Positions 19,179 to 29,062 of a stretch of 64,000 nucleotides of DNA are shown here, one piece after another. The stretch lies in assembly GCA_963630695.1 (NCBI GenBank), contig CAVGNV010000002.1, positions 79,197 through 143,196 of the forward strand. The letters are read 5' to 3'. The first letter of the stretch is position 1. Each line of letters begins with the position of its first letter. Position numbers and translations under genes: made by a program. The stretch is from Paratractidigestivibacter sp. GTDB taxonomy: Bacteria > Bacteroidota > Bacteroidia > Bacteroidales > Bacteroidaceae. The notes beneath the pieces were generated by a model. The model was not told where the DNA came from. It searched no databases and saw only the letters and a list, made by a program, of their open reading frames with translations.

Positions 19179-20804
19179 ATGTTACAAAGGATACTCACTT
19201 GTTTATCATTCATTCTGCTATCATTGTCCATTGTCCGTGCGCAAGACTTTGATCTTACGCGCCAATATGAGTTGCTCGATCAAGCTATAAGTGAATATCC
19301 GCAGTACCTTAAACAGAAAGAACAACATATCGCCAAGCTCAAGCAAGCGGCTCGCCAAGCGGCAAACACACAAGCGCGGATAGATGCGTTGCTCAAGATC
19401 TACACCGTCTATCAGTCGTTTCAGAAAGACTCCGCCCTGGTCTATATCAACCAGTGCATCAAGCTTGCTAACGAAAACCGCCTCTACAATCAGCAAGCAA
19501 GGTATCAATCGCTGCTAGCCCAGCTCTATTCGGTCATCGGATCGTATAGCGAAGCCTTATCCGTGTTGCGTCAGGTGGATCGCAAAGCACTAGACAATCA
19601 AGGTTGGCAAGACTATTATTATGCGCTAAACAGTGTCTATCAGAATAGGGCATTAGTGGCGCAGAGCACAGATAAGACCCTCCCCGCACAATATTTTGCT
19701 ATCGCCGACCTCTATGGCGACTCGTTATTGCAATACGCTTCACCCCAGTGTGCCTTTGCCCTTCATCGTCAAGAGATCAATCTGACGCTCAAACATCGGT
19801 ACCAAGAAGCCTTGCGCATCAATGATCAGCAACTCAACGCGTGCAAGGACGATAATAGGCAGTTTGCCACCGTGGCCTTTAATCGCAACTTGATCTATAT
19901 GGCGATGAACGATAAGCGCAATGCCAAGGTGTGGCTTATCAAGTCGGCGATAGTAGATATCAAGTCGGCCATCATGGATCAGTCTGCCCTTTGGACACTT
20001 GCGGATATGCTTTGTGAGGATAAAGACGTGGAGCGAGCCAATCGTTACCTCCGTTTCTCCTATCAAGCCTTGTCCCACTTCAATGCGCAAACGCGTTATT
20101 GGCAAGTGTCACCTGTGCTTGATAAGATCGATTCGAGCTATCAGATATTGCTCGCACAGAACAATCTGCGTCTAAAGACCACCTTAGCCATCATCAGTAT
20201 CATGGCCCTAGCAATGGCGCTGTTCTGCCATTTCATATACAGACAAAAGCGATTGGCCAATAAGGCGCGCAATGAAGCGATGGAACTGAACCGCAAACTA
20301 TCTGAGCTCAACCATCAGCTTGCCGAATCTAATCAGGTTAAGGAAGAATATATCGGCCAGTTTCTTGCCTCATGCTCCCATTATATAGACCTTATAGAGC
20401 AACAACGCCTTGAGGTAAACAGGAAACTGCGTAAGAAACAATATGCCGAGCTGTCCGAGATGACTAGCTCTTCTGCGCTTAAGGATGAGGCTCTAGATGA
20501 GCTCTATGCCCATTTCGACTCAGCGTTCCTACATCTTTTCCCACATTTTGTGGAGCATCTCAACGGCCTTTTACGTGAGGATAGCCAGATTAAGTTGCCT
20601 AGCGACGGCCGACTCACACCCACCGTGCGCATCTTTGCCCTCATCCGTCTAGGTATTGACGATAGCAATAAGATTGCAGAGTTTCTCCATTACGCGGTAA
20701 ACACCATTTATAACTATCGTGCCAAACTCAAGAATGCAGCCAAGGGTGACCGCAATACTTTTGAGCAAGAAGTGAAACAATTAGGGCTAATTACTAAAAA
20801 GTGA
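19179..20804 (+). CDS. SusR-like (DUF6377) membrane-spanning sensor/transcription regulator 1
   Basis: Signal peptide, helical TPR-like periplasmic part, one TM, coiled coil, C-terminal RIFALIRLGIDDS.KIAEFLHY..NTIYNYR. Confidence 0.85.
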   Translation: MLQRILTCLSFILLSLSIVRAQDFDLTRQYELLDQAISEYPQYLKQKEQHIAKLKQAARQAANTQARIDALLKIYTVYQSFQKDSALVYINQCIKLANENRLYNQQARYQSLLAQLYSVIGSYSEALSVLRQVDRKALDNQGWQDYYYALNSVYQNRALVAQSTDKTLPAQYFAIADLYGDSLLQYASPQCAFALHRQEINLTLKHRYQEALRINDQQLNACKDDNRQFATVAFNRNLIYMAMNDKRNAKVWLIKSAIVDIKSAIMDQSALWTLADMLCEDKDVERANRYLRFSYQALSHFNAQTRYWQVSPVLDKIDSSYQILLAQNNLRLKTTLAIISIMALAMALFCHFIYRQKRLANKARNEAMELNRKLSELNHQLAESNQVKEEYIGQFLASCSHYIDLIEQQRLEVNRKLRKKQYAELSEMTSSSALKDEALDELYAHFDSAFLHLFPHFVEHLNGLLREDSQIKLPSDGRLTPTVRIFALIRLGIDDSNKIAEFLHYAVNTIYNYRAKLKNAAKGDRNTFEQEVKQLGLITKK

Positions 20805-20852
20805 GGAAAAACGTAGGCGCATAAATTCACACCTAACCTTACTTTTCCTCAC

Positions 20853-20987
20853 AAAGCTCCACTTTTAGTTTACTCTGTTGTTTTCTTATTAGCTTGTTAG
20901 TCAGTGTTTTGGAAGAAATCAAGTTTCCATTTCTTCCCCTTTTTGACTTTATACGGTTCCTCAAACCAAATCTTTCTTGTACTTTTG
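20853..20987 (+). promoter_or_regulatory. Promoter and putative SusR-like operator region for acyltransferase-GH3
   Basis: -7 TACTTTTG at 20980; upstream TCCACTTTTAGTTTACT, TTGTTAGTCAGTGTTTTG and TCCCCTTTT boxes at offsets similar to the 28.6 and 37.5 kb promoters. Confidence 0.55.
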
Positions 20988-21055
20988 CAAGTGAAGTAGT
21001 TCGGAGACCTAAATGTATTTGCAATCCAAAACTTTCATTAAAGAAAATCTAAACA

Positions 21056-22225
21056 ATGTCCAATTCTAATGTATATCTATCGTCTAAGCCTCGATATGAG
21101 ATTCTTGATGGTCTGAGAGGGGTAGCAGCTATGCTCGTAGTGGCTTTCCATCTGTTCGAGACCTATTACCATTCGGCCCCCAATCAGCCCGTCAATCATG
21201 GCTACTTGGCCGTCGACTTCTTCTTTGTCCTATCAGGATATGTCATTGGTTATGCCTATGATGATCGTTGGGACCGCATGACCACGTGGGGTTTTATTAA
21301 GCGTCGCTTGATACGTTTACACCCGATGGTGATCTTTGGTACGTTTATAGGAGCCTTATTGTTCTACTTTGGTCAGTGTTCAGCCTTTCCTTTGATTACC
21401 AGCACACCTTGGTACATCCTGTTGATGATTCTCTTGTGGTGTTTTACCATGATTCCTGTATCCAAGTGTTGTGATATTCGTGGATGGGCAGAGACCAATC
21501 CGCTCAATGGTCCGGCATGGACTTTACAGTGGGAATATATCGCCAACCTTCTCTACGCCCTTGTTATACGTCGCTTTTCTAAGTTTGCCTTGATGATCTG
21601 CGTAGCGCTTTTTGCTGTGCTGACCCTCATCCTGTGTCTTGATCTCGATGTTTTTGGCTTCCTTGCTGCGCGTTCCTATGCCTCATATACAGTTGTTGGT
21701 GGTTGGAGCCTCACCCCTGACCAACTGCAGATAGGCCTTACACGTCTGCTTTACCCCTTCTTCTGCGGTCTGCTCATATCCCGATTGGGCTTCTCCATTA
21801 AGATTAAAGGTGGTTTTTGGTGGTGCGCTGCCTTGCTAGCAGCGCTTCTTGTCATGCCCTGGATGGGCACTGGCGAGGTAGGAACGGGTCGAATGACCAA
21901 TGGTATCTATGAGGCGGTGTGCATCTTGGTGCTCTTCCCACTCATCGTTGCTGCAGGAGCAGGAAGCAGTGTGCTAGGTAAAAAGAGTCAGAAGATCAAC
22001 CATCTGCTTGGCGAGATATCCTATCCGCTTTACATCACCCATTATCCTTTTATCTATATGCAGATGGCTTGGGCAGAGCATCATGCCGAATTGCCCGCTA
22101 GCACACACGTCTTTGTATCCGTGTGTATCTTTATCCTTTCCTTGTTGGTAGCCTACGCAGCGTCACGTTTGTATGATTTGCCCGTGCGCCAGTGGTTGCG
22201 TCGCAAGTGCTTCAAAGCTGCGTAA
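21056..22225 (+). CDS. Acyltransferase-3 (OafA-like) membrane protein
   Basis: LDGLRGVAA..V.FH, LAVDFFFVLSGYV, RRLIRLHP, WTLQWEY, LGEISYPLYITH; about 10 TMs. Confidence 0.9.
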   Translation: MSNSNVYLSSKPRYEILDGLRGVAAMLVVAFHLFETYYHSAPNQPVNHGYLAVDFFFVLSGYVIGYAYDDRWDRMTTWGFIKRRLIRLHPMVIFGTFIGALLFYFGQCSAFPLITSTPWYILLMILLWCFTMIPVSKCCDIRGWAETNPLNGPAWTLQWEYIANLLYALVIRRFSKFALMICVALFAVLTLILCLDLDVFGFLAARSYASYTVVGGWSLTPDQLQIGLTRLLYPFFCGLLISRLGFSIKIKGGFWWCAALLAALLVMPWMGTGEVGTGRMTNGIYEAVCILVLFPLIVAAGAGSSVLGKKSQKINHLLGEISYPLYITHYPFIYMQMAWAEHHAELPASTHVFVSVCIFILSLLVAYAASRLYDLPVRQWLRRKCFKAA

Positions 22226-22284
22226 ACTCCTTTTATGCTAATTAAATATCAATCAATACAACCTATCAAACACTAATCAGTTTT

Positions 22285-24618
22285 ATGAAAAAATCTTTTT
22301 TGATAACAATGTTAGCTGGTTTTGCTGCTACCTTGTCAGCGCAAACCATGACGCCAGCTATCCCACGTGACCCTCAGATTGAGGCAAATGTTGAGAAGAC
22401 GCTATCCAAGATGACCTTGGATGAGAAGATCGGTCAGATGCTCGAGCTCAATCTTGACGTGATGGGAACCATGACGGTAGAGAATGGTAAACCCGTCTGG
22501 AAACTTAACGAGGAAATGCTCGACTCATGTATCTCTAAGTATAAGGTCGGCTCCATCCTCAATGCACCTGGTACACGTGCAGCCACAGTGAAACAATGGC
22601 AAGAGTGGATACGTCTGATTCAGAAGAAGTCGCTCAAGTATATCGGCATACCATCCGTTTATGGTCTTGATCACAACCACGGTGTGACCTATACACAAGC
22701 AGGAACACTCTTCCCACAACCCATCAACCTTGCTGCATCGTTCAATCCGCAGCTTGCAACAGAGATGGCACAAGTGACTGCCTATGAGAGTAGAGCCGGA
22801 AACTGCCCTTGGGTCTATAACCCCGTGCTCGACCTTGGTCGTGATCCCCGTTGGTCACGCATCTGGGAGAGCTTCGGTGAGGATGCCTTGGTCAATGCGC
22901 GTATGGCTGAAGCCGAAATCCTTGGTTATCAAGGCACCGATCCTAACCATATCGATCCGTTCCATGTGGCTACCAGCGTGAAGCACTATTTTGCTTATGG
23001 TGCACCTTTCACTGGCAAAGACCGTACCCCCGCCTATGTAGCACCTAACATGCTGCGTGAGAAATACTTTGAACCTTTCCGTGCAGCGATACGTGCAGGT
23101 GCTCTTACCATTATGGCCAACTCATCTAGCATCAATGGCGTGCCCGTGCATGCAAGCTACGAGTATCTTACCAAGTGGCTCAAGGAAGACCTCAACTGGG
23201 ACGGAATGATTGTCACCGACTGGGCCGACATCAACAACCTTTACCAGCGTGAGAAGGTGGCTAAGGACAAGAAGGATGCCATCCGCATAGCTATCAATGC
23301 AGGTGTAGATATGAGCATGGACCCATATAGCGTAGAATTCTGCATTCTTCTCAAGGAGTTGGTACAGGAAGGCAAGGTGAGCCAGGCTCGTATCGATGAC
23401 GCTGTGCGCCGTATCCTTCGCTTAAAGTATCGCTTAGGTCTGTTTGACAAACCCAACACGGGTGGTAAGGAGTATAACAAGTTTGGCTCTGAGGAGTTTG
23501 CTACCAAGTCATTGCGTGCAGCTGAAGAGGCTGAAGTGCTTCTGAAGAACGAAGGCAACATCCTTCCACTCGCCAAAGGCAAGAAGATTCTGCTTACCGG
23601 TCCTAACGCCAATCAGATGCGTTGCTTGGATGGCGGATGGAGCTACACATGGCAAGGCTCTAAAGCCGAGGATCTGGCAGAGCAATATAACACCATCTAT
23701 GAGGCTCTTTGCAACAAGTATGGCAAGGAGAACGTGATCCTGGAACAAGGTGTGACCTATAATGAGGATGGCAATTACTATGACGAGAACGAACCACAGA
23801 TTGCTAAAGCCGTATCTGCTGCAGCACAGGCTGATGTGATTGTGGCTTGTGTGGGCGAGAATAGCTATTGCGAGACCCCAGGTAACCTTACCGACCTCTG
23901 GCTCTCTAACAACCAGCGTGACCTTGTCAAGGAACTTGCCAAGACCGGCAAACCTATCATTCTTGTGCTCAACGAGGGTCGCCCACGTCTTATCGCTGAC
24001 ATCGAACCTCTCGCTAAGGCCGTGGTAGACATTCTTTTGCCTGGCAACTATGGTGCTGATGCGTTGGCTAATCTCCTTGCTGGTGATGTCAACTTCTCAG
24101 CTAAGATGCCTTATACCTATCCTCGCGAGATCAATTCGCTTGCCACTTACGACTATAAGGTCAGCGAAGAGGTACCCACCATGGAAGGCGCATACAACTA
24201 TGATGCAAAGGTTTCGCTCCAGTGGCCTTTCGGTTATGGTTTGAGCTACACCACCTATGATTATAGCAACCTCAAGGTGAGCAAGAACCAGTTTACCGCT
24301 GATGATGTGCTTACAGTCAGTGTAGACGTCAAGAACACCGGCAGCCGTGAAGGTAAGGAAGTGGTGCTGCTCTATAGCTCTGACCTTGTGGCTTCAATCA
24401 CTCCTGACAACAAGCGTCTGCGCGACTTCACAAAGATCTCGCTCCAGCCCGGAGAGACCAAGACCGTTACCTTTAACGTGCCCGCTAAGAACCTAGCCTT
24501 TGTTGGTGCAGATGGTCGTTGGACTCTAGAGGAAGGCGAATTCTTCTTCAAGGTAGGTTCACTCAGCCAGAAGATCAATTGCACTGCCACCAAGACCTGG
24601 AACACTCCTAACATTTAA
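22285..24618 (+). CDS. GH3 beta-glucosidase (BglX-like), periplasmic
   Basis: Signal peptide; [29 protein letters not shown] nucleophile, [14 protein letters not shown], Fn3-like C-terminus. Confidence 0.93.
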   Translation: MKKSFLITMLAGFAATLSAQTMTPAIPRDPQIEANVEKTLSKMTLDEKIGQMLELNLDVMGTMTVENGKPVWKLNEEMLDSCISKYKVGSILNAPGTRAATVKQWQEWIRLIQKKSLKYIGIPSVYGLDHNHGVTYTQAGTLFPQPINLAASFNPQLATEMAQVTAYESRAGNCPWVYNPVLDLGRDPRWSRIWESFGEDALVNARMAEAEILGYQGTDPNHIDPFHVATSVKHYFAYGAPFTGKDRTPAYVAPNMLREKYFEPFRAAIRAGALTIMANSSSINGVPVHASYEYLTKWLKEDLNWDGMIVTDWADINNLYQREKVAKDKKDAIRIAINAGVDMSMDPYSVEFCILLKELVQEGKVSQARIDDAVRRILRLKYRLGLFDKPNTGGKEYNKFGSEEFATKSLRAAEEAEVLLKNEGNILPLAKGKKILLTGPNANQMRCLDGGWSYTWQGSKAEDLAEQYNTIYEALCNKYGKENVILEQGVTYNEDGNYYDENEPQIAKAVSAAAQADVIVACVGENSYCETPGNLTDLWLSNNQRDLVKELAKTGKPIILVLNEGRPRLIADIEPLAKAVVDILLPGNYGADALANLLAGDVNFSAKMPYTYPREINSLATYDYKVSEEVPTMEGAYNYDAKVSLQWPFGYGLSYTTYDYSNLKVSKNQFTADDVLTVSVDVKNTGSREGKEVVLLYSSDLVASITPDNKRLRDFTKISLQPGETKTVTFNVPAKNLAFVGADGRWTLEEGEFFFKVGSLSQKINCTATKTWNTPNI

Positions 24619-24725
24619 TGTAATCATTCGTAACCCGTTGAGGGTCTAAGATAAATCAAAAACGTGCAAGAGAGCATGTCGTAAAGCATCATTACGATGC
24701 AATGTTAAAGTTTAGTTTTTCTTCG

Positions 24726-24778
24726 CTGCAGGTGATTTCTATCCTTTATTAAGATAGATTCACCTGCAGTTTGTGTTT
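24726..24778 (+). terminator. Terminator after GH3
   Basis: CTGCAGGTGATTTCTATC / GATAGATTCACCTGCAG followed by TTTGTGTTT. Confidence 0.75.
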
Positions 24779-24993
24779 ATAGGTGGTACCCATAAACATA
24801 TACACGTCCATCCCTAACCGCTATACATATAGGTTAGCCCCAGCGTTCTATCTATCAAATTCGCTTGTAAGGAATTTATTCTCTGTTGGTTTTGTCTCCA
24901 AATGGTCTAAATGTCATATTCTCAACGAATGACTTTCGCAGTTCGATTAGTTTTTCGTATCTTTGCAAAAATTAATACAATATTGTAATAGGA

Positions 24994-26640
24994 ATGCTCA
25001 AATCTATCTTCCGAACCACTTTCCTGTTATCCTTCTTCTTGTTGCCGATGATGGCAACGGCGCATGATAGTAGAGATGTAGAACGTGCTTTGCAACAACT
25101 TGACAATATCCTCACACATCGTCAGGAGTTTTTCAATCAGAAGCAGATGGCTCTTGAGGAACAAAAACGCGTGTTGGCAGAAGTGCACGAACCCAGTATA
25201 AGGCTTATCAAGTATGAACAGCTCTTTACAGACTATCTCCACTTTAATGGCGATTCGGCTGTGTTCTATGCTCAAAAAGCCGTTGAGACAGCCCAGAAGC
25301 TCAATGACCAGAAAGCCGTTACACAGGCACAAATCTATCTTTTGACCGCTTTGACACGCAAGGGTGTATATACCTTGGCTGATAAACTGAGTCATAAGAT
25401 AGGTGATGTGGCTGATGTGCCTAAAGAGTTTCAGTCGCAATATGCTTGTTGCTTGATAGATCAGTCGCTTCGTGTCAAGCGTTTGTCTACGCCACTCGAC
25501 TCCTTGCTTATCAGCACCAAGAAGACCTGGGATAGCTATTCGCCCTATATTGATCATAACGACTGGCAGTATCACTTCTATCAAGGCGCTTTGTTCCATG
25601 AAGGCGACATCGCACAGGTCAAGCAGATGCTCTCTGATGCGCCGCACCCCTCGTTTGTTGCAGCAGACCTAGCTTATACCGTTGCGCTTCTATATCTAGA
25701 GCAAGGCAATAACACCGAGTATGAATACTATCTTATTCAGTCGGCTATCAACGATGCAAAGCTAGCCAATACCGAGGTGCAATCGCTCATATCGCTTGTT
25801 CAGGTCCTTGCCCCTAAGCGTGATATGGAGCGCCTTTATCATTATTCGCAGGTCTGTGCGGAGAACATTACCACCTATCAAGATCTCACACGAGCGATGG
25901 ATGTGGTGGGCATGCTTAACCAGATCAATATGTGTTTCTACACATCCATACAGCATCGCATGATCATCATCTCGGTCATCGCAGGTCTGTTGGCTGTAGC
26001 TCTGGTGTTGGTGTTCTTCTCGTTACGCTACTCCATCCGTCGCAGAAACGATCTGAAGCGGTCGCTCTCACGCCTGGAGGAAGCTCAAGAAAATCAAGAA
26101 CGTCTCATCGAAAGCAAGGAACAGCTCAGTCAAGAGCTTCGTGTGGCCAATCATCAGCTACGTGGTAGCTTAAAGTCGTATAACACCAACTTTGTCAATG
26201 TCTATCGTCTTGTATCCAGCTATATGAGTTATGAGAACAAGATGCGCAAGTCGTTGACCGTTCAGATCAAGTCGGGCAACGTGCGTCAGGCGCTTCGCTC
26301 GCTCAGTTCCTCTTCAGAGATAGACGAGCAAGCCAAGGAGTTTTATCAGCATTTTGACCATGCGTTCCTCGGAATGTATTCTGATTACATTCAGAAGATC
26401 AATGCGTTGCTCAAGCCCGAGTATCGTATCGACCCTGCTACCACTGAGCTACCAAGCTCATTCCGCATCTATGCGCTTGTGGTGCTAGGCGTTACGGATA
26501 GCGTAAGCATAGCCGAGTTCTTACATTATTCGCCTCAGACCATCTACAATTATCGTCTGCGTATGCGCCGTCAGGCTTGTGTGCCAGAGAAAGAGTTTGA
26601 ATCGCGTGTGGAACATCTCTATGCTGCTGTGGAAGAGTAA
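24994..26640 (+). CDS. SusR-like (DUF6377) sensor/transcription regulator 2
   Basis: Same architecture as 19179; C-terminal RIYALVVLGVTDSVSIAEFLHYSPQTIYNYR; promoter TATCTTTG at 24958. Confidence 0.83.
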   Translation: MLKSIFRTTFLLSFFLLPMMATAHDSRDVERALQQLDNILTHRQEFFNQKQMALEEQKRVLAEVHEPSIRLIKYEQLFTDYLHFNGDSAVFYAQKAVETAQKLNDQKAVTQAQIYLLTALTRKGVYTLADKLSHKIGDVADVPKEFQSQYACCLIDQSLRVKRLSTPLDSLLISTKKTWDSYSPYIDHNDWQYHFYQGALFHEGDIAQVKQMLSDAPHPSFVAADLAYTVALLYLEQGNNTEYEYYLIQSAINDAKLANTEVQSLISLVQVLAPKRDMERLYHYSQVCAENITTYQDLTRAMDVVGMLNQINMCFYTSIQHRMIIISVIAGLLAVALVLVFFSLRYSIRRRNDLKRSLSRLEEAQENQERLIESKEQLSQELRVANHQLRGSLKSYNTNFVNVYRLVSSYMSYENKMRKSLTVQIKSGNVRQALRSLSSSSEIDEQAKEFYQHFDHAFLGMYSDYIQKINALLKPEYRIDPATTELPSSFRIYALVVLGVTDSVSIAEFLHYSPQTIYNYRLRMRRQACVPEKEFESRVEHLYAAVEE

Positions 26641-26740
26641 CCCCGTCTGTGCGCACTAAAGCTCCACCGAAGCGCACTGAATCCGAACTGATGCTCTCTA
26701 TTGCCACGTTGATACGCAGAAAGCAACCGATATAAAAAGC

Positions 26741-26773
26741 ATTGCGGCTCTCCAGTCACTGGAGAGCCGCAAT
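26741..26773. terminator. Bidirectional terminator between regulator 2 and carboxylesterase
   Basis: Near-perfect palindrome ATTGCGGCTCTCCAGT-C-ACTGGAGAGCCGCAAT flanked by A- and T-rich tracts. Confidence 0.85.
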
Positions 26774-26923
26774 TATTTGTAGTGGAGACTTGTTAGTTGA
26801 GGTGGGATTGGCAACCGAAAACTTAACTATTATCTATTAACAGATTTAGCCAATCCCAACCTTTTACGCGTGTACTATAATTTCCACGCAGAGATAATTT
26901 ACTATAATTAATCTATGAAACTA

Positions 26924-28528
26924 TTATTTCTTGAGCAATAAAGGATCGATGGTGTTGTAACGTGCTTCCACCTTTGGATCTACAACCTGCTTGCTAACCA
27001 AGTCGATGTGCATCACTGGAGCTACGCTCTTGCCATTGGTGGTGTCCCACTGAGGCAAACCAAGACCATTAGGATTACCTGTCTTCACGAAGTTGAGGTA
27101 GAACTGCTGGAAGATTTCAGATACCTGGTAGTCGCTTGCGTCCCACTTGAACATGGTGTTGGTAGCTAGGTTACCCATAGCATACTCGATATCGGCAGAG
27201 TGAACAGCGCCTGGGTTAGCTGGAACCTTAGGAGCATCAGCCTTTTTCTCGGTTGTACCGCCCGCTAGACCAGGTTCTTTGTCGGTCAGAGTGGTCTCTG
27301 GACGTGGGTGGCAGTAAACGTAACGATATACGGGTTGCTTGCTGGTCTGACGCAAAAGGTCTGTCCATTTCCATGTAGAGTAGGCGATGAACATATCACC
27401 ACCGAGGGTATAACCAGGCATTGTCACGATGTCAGCATCGGTCTTGATACCATAAAGGTCAAGGATGGTGTTGGCGTCAGTGCCGAAGTAAGCCTCTACA
27501 GCAGGCTTAAGGTTCTCCACTGTAGGAGCCTTACCGCCCATGAACACCATTACTGGAAGTTCGCAGTTGTTGTTACCGATAAGTGCTGGCACCTGTGCTT
27601 GTTCGCCTTTGAGATATGTCTCGAGTGGTTGCTCGGTGAAGAACTTGCCATCTACACAGTACATTGGTACGCCACCGGGCTTGTATGCCTTGTTGAGCTC
27701 CTCGGCAGACATATTGCGCAGTTCGCTGATTTTCTTGCAACCTACCTGCTTAGCAAATGCCTCACCAGCCTTCTCTGCGTCCTTTAGCGATGCCACAGCG
27801 CGTGAACCTACTACGCTACCGCTTGAAGCCATCACCTGATTGATCAATCCTTTAGACATAGGTGATACCATCAAGGCGCTTACTGACATTGAACCTGCAC
27901 TCTCACCATCAATTGTTACGCGGTTAGGATCGCCACCAAAGGCAGCAATATTGTCCTTAACCCACTTGATAGCGGCTGCCTGATCCATGAAGCCATAGTT
28001 GCCTGAGCCTTTATAGTCGGTCTCTTTTGAAAGCTGTGGATGAGCAAAGAAGCCGAAGATACCTTCACGATAGTTGGCTGTTACCACGATGATGCCCTTA
28101 CGAGCGAGGGTCAAACCTTGATAGCGAGGTTCGCTACCTGAACCTGATGTGAGACCACCACCATTAAAGTAGATCAACACTGGCAACTTCTCATTGCCGG
28201 TCTTGTAAGGTGACCATACGTTAAGGTAAAGACAATCTTCAGAAAACTTGTCTGTTCCGAAGATCATATCACCAAATGCGTTATACTGGATGGGGTTAGG
28301 ACCAAACTCCTTTGCGCTTCGCACACCGCTCCATGCTTGTACTGGCTGTGGCGCTTTCCAACGAAGGTCGCCCACTGGAGGTGCTGCAAAAGGTACACCC
28401 TTGAAGATTTTTACACCTGACGAGTCTACTCCCTCGAGTACACCTGCCTGAACACGAACCTGAGGTCCTTGTGCCATAGCAACGATAGTCATTGCTAATG
28501 CGGCAATAGATAAAAGAATTCTCTTCAT
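26924..28528 (-). CDS. Type-B carboxylesterase, secreted
   Basis: Signal peptide; FKGVPFAAPPVGDLRW, SEDCLYLNVW, NGGG oxyanion hole, GESAG Ser, GAVHSADIEY His. Confidence 0.93.
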   Translation of the reverse strand: MKRILLSIAALAMTIVAMAQGPQVRVQAGVLEGVDSSGVKIFKGVPFAAPPVGDLRWKAPQPVQAWSGVRSAKEFGPNPIQYNAFGDMIFGTDKFSEDCLYLNVWSPYKTGNEKLPVLIYFNGGGLTSGSGSEPRYQGLTLARKGIIVVTANYREGIFGFFAHPQLSKETDYKGSGNYGFMDQAAAIKWVKDNIAAFGGDPNRVTIDGESAGSMSVSALMVSPMSKGLINQVMASSGSVVGSRAVASLKDAEKAGEAFAKQVGCKKISELRNMSAEELNKAYKPGGVPMYCVDGKFFTEQPLETYLKGEQAQVPALIGNNNCELPVMVFMGGKAPTVENLKPAVEAYFGTDANTILDLYGIKTDADIVTMPGYTLGGDMFIAYSTWKWTDLLRQTSKQPVYRYVYCHPRPETTLTDKEPGLAGGTTEKKADAPKVPANPGAVHSADIEYAMGNLATNTMFKWDASDYQVSEIFQQFYLNFVKTGNPNGLGLPQWDTTNGKSVAPVMHIDLVSKQVVDPKVEARYNTIDPLLLKK

Positions 28529-28577
28529 TTTTAGTTAGTTGTTGTTAGGTTTATTGTTATTCAAATTTTTCTGTTTG

Positions 28578-28702
28578 CAAAAGTAATGGCTTTCTTCTAG
28601 ATAATCAATAGGTAGTAAACCATAAAAGTAAAGTTTTAGAATTGCTTTATGCTTGATTATCAGATGATTTGCAAAATGAATCGGTTAGAAAAAGTAAACT
28701 TT
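28578..28702 (-). promoter_or_regulatory. Carboxylesterase promoter with conserved operator boxes
   Basis: -7 TACTTTTG (28578-28585 rc); plus-strand GTAGTAAA 28612, AAAAGTAAA 28624, TTGATTATCAGAT 28653, AAAAAGTAAACTTT 28689; same layout as 37442-37567. Confidence 0.75.
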
Positions 28703-28803
28703 CTCTTCCTTCTGTTCATAGCTTACCAGTTACTCTTCATTAGCATCTGTTTCCCATTCCCATACGTCCTCGTTCATCTACTGACGGAGGTGCTTCGAGC
28801 GGG

Positions 28804-28930
28804 ATAATCAATTTATTTTTCCTACAAAATTAATTTATTTTTCTGATATAAATAATTTATTTTTCAGTTTAAAATCATATCCATCGGAAAACGAAAGCGC
28901 CTTTACAGGCTTTTGAAAGTGCCCGTTTCG
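28804..28930. repeat. Dispersed 22-bp-period element, copy 2
   Basis: AATTTATTTTT units with AATT at 28810, 28832, 28854; further phased GAAAGYGCC at 28893 and 28915. Confidence 0.8.
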
Positions 28931-28970
28931 GCTTGTTCTCCCGATGCTCATGTTGTCCCGAATGTGAGAT

Positions 28971-29036
28971 AATGGTCGGAGCGGAGAATCTCTGCTCCGA
29001 CCATTGTTGAGGCGAGGGTGATACTATTCACCCTCG
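28971..29036 (-). terminator. Tandem hairpins ending the GH3-TonB-NH-GH3 operon
   Basis: AATGGTCGGAGCGGAGA / TCTCTGCTCCGACCATT and CGAGGGTGA / TCACCCTCG stems. Confidence 0.7.
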
Positions 29037-29062
29037 ATGGGTGTGTCTTGAGATTGATGCCC

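Noticed and set aside
28804..28864. 22-bp repeats as a CRISPR array or iterons
   Set aside because: Spacers are only about 6 bp, three core units per site, and no cas or rep genes are present
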